Source: Candidatus Omnitrophota bacterium
GTDB taxonomy: Bacteria; Omnitrophota; Gorgyraeia; B26-G9
Direction of reading: 5' to 3'
Length of the DNA stretch: 64,000 nucleotides
Assembly: GCA_043806135.1 (NCBI GenBank)
Contig: JAZDHG010000016.1
Coordinates: forward strand, 42,110 to 106,109
Below the pieces are notes generated by a model. That model saw only the letters and a list, made by a program, of their open reading frames with translations, searched no databases and had not been told where the DNA came from. Positions 31,416 through 41,856 of this stretch are shown piece by piece. The first letter of the stretch is position 1. The number at the start of each line of letters is the position of its first letter. A program made the position numbers and the translations under genes.

Positions 31416-32012
31416 ATGGCTGAGTTAACAGATGTTCAGCTGGATGCGTTACGTGAAATGGGTAATATCGGAGCAGGAAATGCGGCAACAGCACTTTCTC
31501 AGCTGATTAGCGAAACAATTGAGATCAGTGTTCCGTCTGTAAAGGTTGTGCCTTTGGATAACGTATCATATGTACTTGGCGGTCCTGAGAGGCTTGTTTA
31601 TGTTGTATATCTTGAAGTCCTCAGAGAAATGAATGGGACCATGTTGACTATTTTTTCACCGGAAAGCGCGGCTTTTCTGACGAAAAGGCTCTTAGGAGAA
31701 GATACGGTTGATATGCAAACCGAGATAGCCCAGTCAGCGCTAAAAGAGGTCGGATCTATTCTGTGCGGTTCCTATATTAGCGCCTTGACGCAGGTAGTTG
31801 CAATGCATGCTGTGGCAAGTGTTCCGGCCATGGCTAATGATATGCTCGGAGCAATGCTTAATTTTATTCTTGTAGAGATCGGGCAAGTTGCTGATGAAAT
31901 TTTTCTTATTAATGTAGAATTATTTGTTGCGAATACAAGGCTGGAATGTTCGCAGCTGTATTTGCCTAAGCCAGATACCTTGGAGGCTGTGCTTGCTGCG
32001 CTTGGCATGTAA
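31416..32012 (+). CDS. cheC: Second CheC paralog
   Basis: EMGNIGAGNAATALSQ motif. Confidence 0.88.
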   Translation: MAELTDVQLDALREMGNIGAGNAATALSQLISETIEISVPSVKVVPLDNVSYVLGGPERLVYVVYLEVLREMNGTMLTIFSPESAAFLTKRLLGEDTVDMQTEIAQSALKEVGSILCGSYISALTQVVAMHAVASVPAMANDMLGAMLNFILVEIGQVADEIFLINVELFVANTRLECSQLYLPKPDTLEAVLAALGM

Positions 32013-32027
32013 GAGAGGAACTAAAGA

Positions 32028-34190
32028 ATGAAAATTAAATCGGATTTTGTTTTTTCTTTAGATATCGGAACGCGTAAGGTGGTAGGTATTGTTGCAGAAA
32101 AAACAGAGGATAAATTAAAGATTATTGATGTTGAGATCGTTGAGCATCAAACAAGAACAATGCTTGACGGCCAGATACATAATATAAATGAAGTGGCCAA
32201 GATCGTAACAGCTATTAAAGAGAGTCTTCAAAAGAGGCTGGCTGTAGAGTTTCGGGATGTGGGAGTAGCTGTTGCCGGGCGGGCGCTTAAGACAATTAAG
32301 GCAAAGATTGAAAAAGAACTTTCCCTAAACGAAGAGATTACCGAAGACGCTGTCCGCAATCTTGAGCTAGAGGCGGTAAGCAGTGTTTTAAATAATGCAG
32401 AGAGTGATTTCGGAAGCGGTGATTTTTATTGTGTCGGTTACAGTGTGGTATATTATGAACTGGACGGGGCACGAATCGGAGACTTGTTAGGTCATTTCGG
32501 CCGCAATATGTCAGTTGAGGTGATAGCAACATTTTTACCCCGCGTGGTCCTAGACAGTATGCTTAGTGTTTTACGCCGCGCAGGGCTTGAAATAATTAAT
32601 CTTACCTTAGAGCCGATAGCAGCAATAAATGCTATTATTCCTACAGATATCCGCAGGTTAAATCTTTTACTATTAGATATCGGTGCCGGTACATCAGACA
32701 TTGCTTTGACAAAGGACGGGACTGTTTTTGCTTATGGTATGGTTCCGGAAGCAGGCGATGAAATAACTGAATTTTTGTGTGAAAAATTTATTATTGATTT
32801 CAGAACGGCAGAAATTATTAAAAAGCAGCTATTAAGACAGCCAAAGGTGTATTTTAAAGATATTCTCGGGCGCGAACATAATGTTGAATCACAGGAAATT
32901 ATTAATGCGATCCGTCCTCGTGTAAATAAACTTGCAGAGTCTATAGTACGTACTGTGCTTGAACTTAATCAAAAAGCACCTCATGCCGTGGTTTTAGTCG
33001 GAGGAGGAAGTCTTACGCCTCTATTTGAAAAGGAGCTTGCCGTAAGCTTTCCTATGAAGGAAGAAAATATCGGGATAAGATTACCGGAGATGATCCATGA
33101 AGTGGTAGATAAGACAGGAAAGCTTAAAGGGCCGGACATGGTAACGCCGATTGGTATTTGTATTATGACCGCTAGATCCACGGGATTAAAGTTTATCGAT
33201 TTACATGTTAATGATAAACGGGTCAATGTACTTGATATGCAGCAAAATCTTGATGTGCTGAGTGCCCTAGTTGCTGCCGGAGTTGATAAAATGAAGCTGT
33301 ATGGTAAAATAGGCCATGCTATTTGCGTAGAGGTAAACGGCCGTTTAAAAGTGATCCGGGGGCAAATGGGGAAGCCGGCACAAATAAAACTTAATGATCA
33401 GAAGGCTGATTTAACAACAAAGGTTAAGACTGGAGACAGGATATTTTTTGAAGATGCGGAAAACGGACATAATGCACAGGGGAAAATAGCTGATGTTGTG
33501 GAGATTGAAACGGTCAAGGTTACGGTCAATTCGCAGCAAGTTGAGGTCAGTCCTCAAATTTTTATGAAGGGAAATGTCGTAGCTCCCGATACCGAGCTTA
33601 CAGACCGTGCTACTATTGGATATAAAGAAGATGTCAGGGTAAGAGATATATTAGCGGCGATTAATATTGATGCTAGTTCTCTTCAAGAACGGGAAATTGT
33701 AGTTCGTGTAAATAAAGAGCCGAAGGTATTGTCGCAGAGCAGTTTTTTACTGCTTGTCAACGGGAAAAGGTCAATACTGGATTCAACCGTCCCCAATGGA
33801 AGTATCATTGAGTTTAAACAGGACCAGACGTTCTTTTATAAGATAAAAGATATCGTTGAGCTTCCGTCCGCTGCCAAAAGTATAGAAGTTATTTTAAATG
33901 GGAAAAAACAAGTTATACCGGGAAATGAGGGAAAAATTTTTATGAATGGACAGCAGGTAAACCCGGATGAATTTATAATTGACAGGGCTGAGATTATTAC
34001 GCGGCCTCCGGAAAAAGTTCCGCCAACAGTTTCTCAGGTGCTTGAGAACCTTGAGCTGAATTTAGACGAGCAAAAAGGGAAGCTTATGAAAATCACGGTT
34101 AACGGACAATCTGCCGGTTTTACGACGCCTTTATCTGAGGGGACAGACATTACGATTAAATTTATTGAAAGGGAAGATCTGATCAGTTGA
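32028..34190 (+). CDS. FtsA/PilM-like actin-fold ATPase with C-terminal beta-grasp-like repeats
   Basis: FSLDIGTRKV, LEPIAA, DIGAGTSD and VGGGS motifs; repeated V/LNG units over the C-terminal ~330 aa. Confidence 0.8.
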   Translation: MKIKSDFVFSLDIGTRKVVGIVAEKTEDKLKIIDVEIVEHQTRTMLDGQIHNINEVAKIVTAIKESLQKRLAVEFRDVGVAVAGRALKTIKAKIEKELSLNEEITEDAVRNLELEAVSSVLNNAESDFGSGDFYCVGYSVVYYELDGARIGDLLGHFGRNMSVEVIATFLPRVVLDSMLSVLRRAGLEIINLTLEPIAAINAIIPTDIRRLNLLLLDIGAGTSDIALTKDGTVFAYGMVPEAGDEITEFLCEKFIIDFRTAEIIKKQLLRQPKVYFKDILGREHNVESQEIINAIRPRVNKLAESIVRTVLELNQKAPHAVVLVGGGSLTPLFEKELAVSFPMKEENIGIRLPEMIHEVVDKTGKLKGPDMVTPIGICIMTARSTGLKFIDLHVNDKRVNVLDMQQNLDVLSALVAAGVDKMKLYGKIGHAICVEVNGRLKVIRGQMGKPAQIKLNDQKADLTTKVKTGDRIFFEDAENGHNAQGKIADVVEIETVKVTVNSQQVEVSPQIFMKGNVVAPDTELTDRATIGYKEDVRVRDILAAINIDASSLQEREIVVRVNKEPKVLSQSSFLLLVNGKRSILDSTVPNGSIIEFKQDQTFFYKIKDIVELPSAAKSIEVILNGKKQVIPGNEGKIFMNGQQVNPDEFIIDRAEIITRPPEKVPPTVSQVLENLELNLDEQKGKLMKITVNGQSAGFTTPLSEGTDITIKFIEREDLIS

Positions 34191-34285
34191 GAAGAACTTA
34201 TTGTAAAGGCAAAGAAATCTGAGTTTGCCACAGAGAGAAATAAATAGCATAATTTTCAAAATAAGTTTATGCAATAAAAAGAATT

Positions 34286-34320
34286 AGCGAGCATCATTTG
34301 TTTGATGCCGCTGTTTTTTT
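34286..34320 (+). terminator. Probable terminator of the che operon
   Basis: AGCGAGCATCA-loop-TGATGCCGCT followed by a T tract. Confidence 0.6.
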
Positions 34321-34396
34321 ATACAGCAGAACCGGCATTTGCGGGCTTTTCTTTTTAAAATATAAAATATAAAATCTAAAATCCTGCAAATTGTTG

Positions 34397-34724
34397 CCCC
34401 CGTTAGAGAAAGCCAACGATTTTAATCGGTAGTGGAATATATTTTATAAAGCCGACGCTGGTTTAAAGCCATCTTCGGCGTATACCGCTGGCTAGAATAG
34501 AAAAATTGGTTCTTTCTTGTTTAAGTTGAACGAAAGAACCTGATTGCACCGATTAAAAGCCCGATTACGCTGATATACTAATAGAAATTAATCCGTTGTA
34601 ATCTTTTAATAATCTGTGTAATCATGGGGCATGCTTAGTTGGTTCTAATAACTTGCAAATCATTAAGTTATAGAAAACGATTCAACTTAATTAAGAATGA
34701 CCCAAAAATTCTTCATAACGGGGG
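34397..34724. mobile_element. MITE family B (CCCCCGTTA...TAACGGGGG) containing a nested family A element at 34507-34703
   Basis: 9-bp perfect outer TIRs; the inner element is flanked by AAAATT repeats. Confidence 0.65.
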
Positions 34725-34805
34725 TAAAAACGAAGAACTCTTACGGAGTTGACTATGCCGTTTAAATAAGCTATTATATGAGACTATATACAAGGATAAA
34801 ATTTG

Positions 34806-36794
34806 ATGAAAAAACTGGTTATTGTAGAATCCCCGACAAAAGCAAGAACAATCAGCCGTATTTTGGGCAAAGAATTTGTTGTATATTCTTCCATGGGTCA
34901 TATTATTGATCTGCCGAGGCGCAAAATCGGCGTTGATATTGATGATAACTTTGGTCCTACTTATGTAGTCATCCCGGGGAAAAAGAAAATTCTCACACAG
35001 CTTAAAAAGGAAGTAAAAAATTCAGATATTGTTTACCTGGCCACTGATCAGGACAGAGAAGGAGAGGCAATAAGCTGGCATTTAAGAGATAGGCTGCAGG
35101 ACAAGAAGAGAAAGCTTGAATTCCTTAGGGTTATTTTTCATGAAATAACACCACAGGCGATCAAGGAAGCTTTTGCGGCTACAGAGAAGATTGACGAAAA
35201 TAGAGTAAATGCGCAGCAGGCAAGGCGAATTTTAGACAGGATAGTGGGATATTTTTTGAGTCCCCTGCTTTGGAAAAAAGTGGCAAAAGGATTAAGCGCA
35301 GGGCGTGTACAATCCGTTGCGTTAAAATTGATCGTACAAAGAGAAAGACAGATACTAAGCTTTATTCCGCAGGAATACTGGAAAATTGAAGCGCTGCTTA
35401 AAAGAAAAAAAGAAAAATATGAGGAGCTTACCGCTGAGCTTATTAAATATGAAAATAAAAAAATTGATTTAAAGAACGAAGTGCAGTCAAGCGGTATAAT
35501 CGAGGCATTACAAAAAGAGGACTATATAGTATCTTCTGTAAATAAGAAGGAAAAAAAGCGCAATCCATACCCTCCTTTTATTACTAGCACTTTACAGCAG
35601 GATGCTTTTAATAAGCTTAAATTTACCACGCGAAAGACAATGATGATCGCTCAGCAGCTTTATGAAGGAGTAGAGCTAGGCGATGAGGGGCCCATAGGTC
35701 TTATAACCTATATGCGTACAGATTCTGTGCGTATTGCGGATATTGCCTTAAATCACATACGCAAGTTTATCAGTGACCATTATGGCGCAAAATATCTTCC
35801 GGCAAAACCGCATGTATATAAATCAAAGAAATCAGCACAGGAAGCGCATGAAGCTATCCGTCCGACTTCAATTGAGCGCAGGCCCCAGGAACTGGAAAAG
35901 CACCTAAGCCCTGATCAGTATAGGCTGTATGAGCTTATATGGAAAAGGACTATGGCCAGCCAGATGAAGGCTGCTGTATATATGACAAGCACTATCGAGA
36001 TTGCAGCCGGTAAATACCTTTTTTCCCTTTCCGGATCGATCCTTATTTTTGATGGCTTTTTGAGAATATACCAGGAAGAGGGCAAAGAAAAACTTAAATT
36101 GATCCCTGATGTGGAGAAAGGGGAAAAACTTGAGCTGCTGAAATTGATCCCCTCACAGCATTTTACGCGACCGCCGGCAAGGTACTCTGAATCCTCGCTG
36201 GTAAAGGATCTGGAAGAAAAAGGCATAGGACGGCCGAGTACTTATGCGCCTATTGTGCATACGCTTATTATGCGTAATTATATTCGCAGGGAAAAGGGAT
36301 ATTTGACCTGTACTGAATTGGGGATGAAGGTAAATGATATTTTGGTCGAGTATTTCCCAAATATTATCAATATTACCTTTACAGCGATAATGGAAGAGGA
36401 GCTGGACAAAGTAGAAGAAGGCAGTATGAAATGGGACCAGGTTTTAAAGGATTTCTATATTCCGTTTAAGAAAAAGCTTGCCTACGCACAGACAAATCTG
36501 AAAAAAGAAGTTATTGAAACCGACCAAAACTGTGAGCAATGCGGCAGACCGATGGTTATTAAATGGTCGCGTACCGGAAAGTTTTTGAGCTGCTCCGGAT
36601 TCCCTGAATGCCGCAATGCAAAATCAATATCCTCAGGGGTTAAATGTCCGAATCAGGATTGTGGCGGGGAGCTGATTCAGCGTAGTTCAAGGCGGGGAAT
36701 GCGTTTTTACGGATGTAGTAATTATCCGAAATGTACTTTTTTATCAAAAACACTTCCTAAAGAAGATGGAACTGCTGAAGATGAAGCTCAGTAA
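34806..36794 (+). CDS. topA: DNA topoisomerase I
   Basis: IVESPTKA, DQDREGE, SAGRVQS and ITYMRTD motifs; zinc ribbons. Confidence 0.97.
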   Translation: MKKLVIVESPTKARTISRILGKEFVVYSSMGHIIDLPRRKIGVDIDDNFGPTYVVIPGKKKILTQLKKEVKNSDIVYLATDQDREGEAISWHLRDRLQDKKRKLEFLRVIFHEITPQAIKEAFAATEKIDENRVNAQQARRILDRIVGYFLSPLLWKKVAKGLSAGRVQSVALKLIVQRERQILSFIPQEYWKIEALLKRKKEKYEELTAELIKYENKKIDLKNEVQSSGIIEALQKEDYIVSSVNKKEKKRNPYPPFITSTLQQDAFNKLKFTTRKTMMIAQQLYEGVELGDEGPIGLITYMRTDSVRIADIALNHIRKFISDHYGAKYLPAKPHVYKSKKSAQEAHEAIRPTSIERRPQELEKHLSPDQYRLYELIWKRTMASQMKAAVYMTSTIEIAAGKYLFSLSGSILIFDGFLRIYQEEGKEKLKLIPDVEKGEKLELLKLIPSQHFTRPPARYSESSLVKDLEEKGIGRPSTYAPIVHTLIMRNYIRREKGYLTCTELGMKVNDILVEYFPNIINITFTAIMEEELDKVEEGSMKWDQVLKDFYIPFKKKLAYAQTNLKKEVIETDQNCEQCGRPMVIKWSRTGKFLSCSGFPECRNAKSISSGVKCPNQDCGGELIQRSSRRGMRFYGCSNYPKCTFLSKTLPKEDGTAEDEAQ

Positions 36795-36851
36795 AAAGTC
36801 AGCCGTAAAACAATATAGGATCTCTCAAAAATAATTGGGGTAACCGGTAAT

Positions 36852-37733
36852 ATGGAACGATATATCGATAAGTTCTTGAATTATTTAAAAGTAGAAAAAG
36901 ATGCATCAGTGCATACCTTGATAAATTACAGCGTTGATTTGAAAGAGCTTGCGCAGTTTTTGAATAACCGGGAGCTTAAAACAATAGATGTTTTTGATGT
37001 CCGAAAATTTCTGGTTACGCTGCGGCAAAAAGGGTTTAAAAAAGTTACAATTGCACGTAAAATGGCCTGCCTCAGGTCTTTTTTTAAATTTTTAACCCGT
37101 GAAGGACATCTAAAAGCAAATCCGATGATCGGACTGGTTGGCCCGAAATTAGAAAAAAAACTGCCTTTATTTTTGGGTGAAGATGATATTGTGAAGCTTT
37201 TAGAAACGCCTGATGTTGCTGATGCTGCCGGATTGCGTGATAAAGCGATACTTGAGACATTATACAGCACCGGCATACGCGTAAGCGAGCTGGTGGGCTT
37301 AAGCGTAGAGGATATCGACTTTATTTCCGGGATTGTAAGAGTTTATGGTAAGGGCAAGAAGGAGAGGCTGGCGCCTATTGGTGATAGAGCGTTAAGGGTT
37401 ATCAAAAATTACTTAAAAAAGCGCAAAAAAGGCATAGGGACTTCTGATCGTGCGGTGTTTTTGAATAAGGACGGACGCAGGCTTACGGACCGCAGTATTC
37501 GCAATATCGTTGAAAAATATATAAAAGTTGCCAGTATTAGGACTGATATATCACCGCACAGCTTAAGACATTCGTTTGCCACGCATCTTTTGAACAGAGG
37601 GGCTGACCTGCGTTCAGTTCAGGAATTACTGGGCCATGCCAATTTATCCACAACGACTATATATACACATCTTTCCACGGAAAGACTTAAAAATGTTTAT
37701 GACAAGACGCATCCAAGGGCAAATAAAGAGTAA
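36852..37733 (+). CDS. xerC: Tyrosine recombinase XerC
   Basis: TGIRVSEL, HSLRHSFATH, LLGH and TTIYTH motifs; lies next to topA. Confidence 0.85.
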   Translation: MERYIDKFLNYLKVEKDASVHTLINYSVDLKELAQFLNNRELKTIDVFDVRKFLVTLRQKGFKKVTIARKMACLRSFFKFLTREGHLKANPMIGLVGPKLEKKLPLFLGEDDIVKLLETPDVADAAGLRDKAILETLYSTGIRVSELVGLSVEDIDFISGIVRVYGKGKKERLAPIGDRALRVIKNYLKKRKKGIGTSDRAVFLNKDGRRLTDRSIRNIVEKYIKVASIRTDISPHSLRHSFATHLLNRGADLRSVQELLGHANLSTTTIYTHLSTERLKNVYDKTHPRANKE

Positions 37734-38072
37734 GTAGCGAGTAACAAGAAAAAACCGAAGCCCGAAGGACGAGGGAAGAAGGACGCAATTTCAAGTAAAA
37801 AGTTAAAAGTAAAAAACAACAAAATAAGTTATAAATTACTAGTTATAAATTATGAGTGAAAAACAGAAAAACAAAAACAGCGGAAAGCATCTATTGTAGA
37901 GCGTATAGTTTTTTTACTCAATGCTCGATGTAAATTAAGATTAGTGCCTTTTGTGATTTTTTGAAGCAACTATTAGTAACCCCTATTAACTGTTGGTAAC
38001 TTGTAATTAGTAACCAGTAACTCATAACTCGTAATTCGTAACTAGTAATTAGTAGTAACTAGTAACTATCCC

Positions 38073-39350
38073 ATGACTCTATTATTTGATTTTATTTATT
38101 TGCTGTTAGCATTTTTTTATCTTCCGTCACTGCTTTTTAAAGGAAAGCGCCGGATAGGATTAAGGCAGCGTTTTGGCATTTATCCGAACCTCATTAAAAA
38201 AGCACTCAAAGAACATGATAATTTTGTCTGGGTGCATGCGGTTAGCGTGGGAGAGATGAAGGCAGCGGCACTGCTTATAAGGCAATTGAGAAGTTCGTTC
38301 CCCGGCGTTCGATTTGTTATCTCTACGATCACGCCTACCGGAAATACGGTTGCAAAACAGATAGCAACCAAAGAGGATATTGTTATATATTTACCCTTTG
38401 ATCTAAGCATTATTGTCAACAAGACACTTTCCTTAATAAACCCGAAAATGCTCATAATTTTGGAGACAGAACTTTGGCCGAATATGATCTGTATTGCCTC
38501 TAGAAAAAAAATACCGGTAGTTATTGCCAACGGCCGTATTTCCGACGGAGCGTATCCGAAATACAAAAAACTTTCTATTGTTTTCACTCCGATAATCAAA
38601 AGAATAACTTTGCTATGCATGCAAAGCGAAAAAGATGCGCAGAGAATCATTGCCCTTGGGGCAAGGCCCAAAAACGTTCAGGTTGTCGGTAATATTAAGT
38701 TTGATCAGGTGGGGGAAGCTTTTTCTAAAGAATTGCCTGAGCTTAAAACTAATAAAAACGAGTTATTGATCATAGCAGGCAGCACGCATGATAATGAAGA
38801 AGAGATGCTCGCAAGAGTATTCATAAAGCTTAAGCAAGTGCATCATGATATCCGCCTGCTTATAGCTCCCCGTCATCCTCGCCGCGCTATTGAGGTCGAG
38901 CGGGTATTAAGTAAATACGGCTTAAGCAGTAAAAGCATGAGCCGGATAATGCAGGAAGGGCTGCAGGTAGGACCTGAGGATGTCCTGGTGCTTGATATCA
39001 TGGGTGTATTGGCTCAAGTTTATAAATCAGCTGATATTGTTTTTATGGGGGGCAGTCTTGTTAAGCACGGAGGGCAGAACCCCATTGAGCCGGCACTTTG
39101 CTTTAAGCCGATCGTATTCGGGCAATATATGTTCAACTTTCGTGAGATAGAAAAGCTTTTCCTGTCGGAGAAAGCAGCGGTTTCAGTGGATAGCGAAGAG
39201 AGGCTGATGCGCTGCCTGGATGAACTTATCCGCGATAAAGGCAAAAGAGAAAGTCTGGCGGCTAATGCCCAAGCTTTAGTTTCGAAAAATCAGGGCGCTG
39301 TAAAAAGGATTGTAGAACTCTTGAAAGAGAAGGAACTGCTGCTCAAATAA
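38073..39350 (+). CDS. waaA: Kdo transferase
   Basis: WVHAVSVGE, ETELWPN, NGRISD, APRHP and GGQNPIEP motifs. Confidence 0.95.
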   Translation: MTLLFDFIYLLLAFFYLPSLLFKGKRRIGLRQRFGIYPNLIKKALKEHDNFVWVHAVSVGEMKAAALLIRQLRSSFPGVRFVISTITPTGNTVAKQIATKEDIVIYLPFDLSIIVNKTLSLINPKMLIILETELWPNMICIASRKKIPVVIANGRISDGAYPKYKKLSIVFTPIIKRITLLCMQSEKDAQRIIALGARPKNVQVVGNIKFDQVGEAFSKELPELKTNKNELLIIAGSTHDNEEEMLARVFIKLKQVHHDIRLLIAPRHPRRAIEVERVLSKYGLSSKSMSRIMQEGLQVGPEDVLVLDIMGVLAQVYKSADIVFMGGSLVKHGGQNPIEPALCFKPIVFGQYMFNFREIEKLFLSEKAAVSVDSEERLMRCLDELIRDKGKRESLAANAQALVSKNQGAVKRIVELLKEKELLLK

Positions 39351-39411
39351 AAATTTTTTAATTACAATGTTAACTAAAAAATATATAATGGTTAACAATA
39401 GAAGGAGTTTT

Positions 39412-41238
39412 ATGAAGAAAATGAGCATCAGAATTGTTTTTATTCTGTTAGCGATCAGCTTGTTTTTACTGTGCCTGAATGCCGATGGATTTGCCAAGGA
39501 CACTGAATCCGGTGTTTATTACCTTGAACCTGTGTTAGTTTATCCATCGGTCATTGATGAATACTATTCCAATTCCTTGCGTCATATGGAAGATAAGGGA
39601 TATAAATCAGGAGCTGTTGAGGACGGCTTAAGAGAGATTTCCTTTGTTGATGTACAAAGGCGCGGGCCTTACGGGATACAATCAGATGTTCAGATACGTG
39701 CGGCCACATTTGAGCAGACCGATGTTTTAATTGACGGGATAAAAGTCAATGACCCGCAAACCGGGCATTTTAATATGGATATTCCTTTTTCCTGCTTTGA
39801 TATTGACAGAATGACCGTTATCTCAGGTCCGGCAGCGGGGGTTAATGCAGCAGGCAGGCAAGGAGGCTCAGTACATATTGTTACAAAGAAGCCGCAAGGA
39901 GAAGGTGTTAAGGCTAAAGCTGTTTTTGGAGAAAATGGGTTTCAAAGCCAAATGCTCTCTGTTTTATACCCGTTAGCCGGGGTTAATTCACGGACAAATA
40001 TCGGACGCAGTTCTTCTGATGGGTATATGTATAATACTGATTTCGATACGATTAATTTTTCCCATATCAGCAATATAAAAAGCGGTTACGGAGATATTGA
40101 TTTTAAATTAGGGTTTTTGGATAAAGAATTTGGCGCGAACGGATTTTACTCAGAATTTTTTCCGGATCAGAAAGAACATACAAAAACAATTTTTTCAAGT
40201 GTTGGATTGAAAGCGGAATCGAATGGTTTTTATTTTAATCCTCAGATTTATGTGCGCCGCCATAAAGACCGCTTTATGCTGAAAAAATCAAACCCGGCCT
40301 TTTACGAAAATATTCATGTCAATTATGTAAAAGGAGCTAAGATTGATATGATAAGTGAATTTTACTCAGGCAGAATTTTTTATGGAGTAGATACTGCTGT
40401 AGAAAGTATTAACAGCAGTAATTTAGGAAAACACAACCGCGGCAGAAACATGGTTTATTCTACTTATACCCGAAAGATTGATAAATGGATTGCATCAGTT
40501 GGGTTGACCGGTTATATTTATGAAGGATTTAAAAAAAAGGCAGCTCCGGATATGGGTATTGGGTATTTATTAACGGACAAACTTAAACTGCGCAGTGCCT
40601 GCGGCCAGTCGTTTCGCGCACCGACATTTACAGAACTCTATTATCAGAGCCCGGCTAATATCGGTAATGAGAATCTAGCTCCTGAGAGATCGAATAATTA
40701 TGAGTTCGGGATTGATTATGATGATGAATATCTTAGTTCATCATTGACTTTGTTCAAAAGAGAGGAAAAAGACTTGATCGACTGGGTCAGGAGTCCGTCT
40801 TCTACGATCTATAATATCAAAAACATAACAAGGGTTGATACAAACGGAGCAGAGGTGGATTTAAAATTATATCCAAAAAACATGAGCCCGGAATTAAAAT
40901 CCTGGGATGAGGTTTGGTTTGGCTACGCATTTAATGATAGAGACCAAAAAGAAACAGGGTTTATTTCAAAATATGTTTTTGATTATTTGAAGCATAAATT
41001 TACAGCAGGCTCTAAAAACTCTCTTCCTATGGGCATAGCTCTAAATAATAACGTTATATATCAGCAGCGTTCAAATATGGGAGGGGATTTTATTGTTAAT
41101 AGTTCACTCGAGAAAAAAATCAAGGAGTACGCGGTCTCTTTAAAAGTAGATAATCTATTTAATAAGGCATATGCTGAAAGAGGCAATATCCCCATGCCGG
41201 GTCGTTTGATCTTTGCCGGTATTTCAAGTGAGTGGTAG
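39412..41238 (+). CDS. TonB-dependent receptor
   Basis: Plug motif VLIDGIKVND; FRAPTFTELYY; DNLFNKAY...PGR; C-terminal Trp. Confidence 0.9.
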   Translation: MKKMSIRIVFILLAISLFLLCLNADGFAKDTESGVYYLEPVLVYPSVIDEYYSNSLRHMEDKGYKSGAVEDGLREISFVDVQRRGPYGIQSDVQIRAATFEQTDVLIDGIKVNDPQTGHFNMDIPFSCFDIDRMTVISGPAAGVNAAGRQGGSVHIVTKKPQGEGVKAKAVFGENGFQSQMLSVLYPLAGVNSRTNIGRSSSDGYMYNTDFDTINFSHISNIKSGYGDIDFKLGFLDKEFGANGFYSEFFPDQKEHTKTIFSSVGLKAESNGFYFNPQIYVRRHKDRFMLKKSNPAFYENIHVNYVKGAKIDMISEFYSGRIFYGVDTAVESINSSNLGKHNRGRNMVYSTYTRKIDKWIASVGLTGYIYEGFKKKAAPDMGIGYLLTDKLKLRSACGQSFRAPTFTELYYQSPANIGNENLAPERSNNYEFGIDYDDEYLSSSLTLFKREEKDLIDWVRSPSSTIYNIKNITRVDTNGAEVDLKLYPKNMSPELKSWDEVWFGYAFNDRDQKETGFISKYVFDYLKHKFTAGSKNSLPMGIALNNNVIYQQRSNMGGDFIVNSSLEKKIKEYAVSLKVDNLFNKAYAERGNIPMPGRLIFAGISSEW

Positions 41239-41467
41239 GAGACAGCTAAAGAGCATAGTAATACCACCCCCAGGGTGGGCTTTGGGTGGTAAAATCTACT
41301 CCAACTTAAAGCTCTATAAAGAATTCTTTTTACTCATTACACATTATCCGTCTTTCTTTTCTAAGAAAACCTTGATATACTATAAGTTATCCCGAATATT
41401 TTATAATATAGGCTGTTGCACATGCTCGTGACGCCAATACCATGAAATACCCAGGATTGGAGGCAGA

Positions 41468-41848
41468 ATGAATACAAAACAAATAGGCAAGATCGGAGAG
41501 AACCTGGCGGTCGAGTTCCTTAAATCTAACAATTATAATATATTAGAGCGCAATTATCACAACCGGATAGGAGAAATTGATATCATTGCCGAAAATTCAA
41601 GTGTGCTTTGTTTTATTGAAGTAAAAACGCGCGCAAATGACAATTTCGGGCTTCCCCAGGAAGCGATATCAAAATCAAAACAGCGTAAAATATCTCAAAC
41701 TGCTTTAGCTTATCTTAAAGCAAGAAATAGGCTTAAAGGTAATTTTCGCTTTGATGTTATTGCGGTTATGCTGAACGAGGCAGGTGAAAATCCGGATATT
41801 AACTTAATCAAAAATGCTTTTGATCTGGATCGGCAATATTTTATTTAG
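41468..41848 (+). CDS. YraN (UPF0102) nuclease-like protein
   Basis: GEIDIIA, FIEVKTR and RFDVI motifs. Confidence 0.9.
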   Translation: MNTKQIGKIGENLAVEFLKSNNYNILERNYHNRIGEIDIIAENSSVLCFIEVKTRANDNFGLPQEAISKSKQRKISQTALAYLKARNRLKGNFRFDVIAVMLNEAGENPDINLIKNAFDLDRQYFI

Positions 41849-41856
41849 AGGAAGAG

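Noticed and set aside
36852-37733. XerC as the integron integrase
   Set aside because: It lacks the IntI-specific insertion before the HxLRH box, sits in the housekeeping topA context and is 5 kb from the array.
37960-38070. CRISPR array in the TAGTAAC-rich repeats
   Set aside because: Units are degenerate 7-mers with no constant repeat-spacer period, and no cas genes are present.
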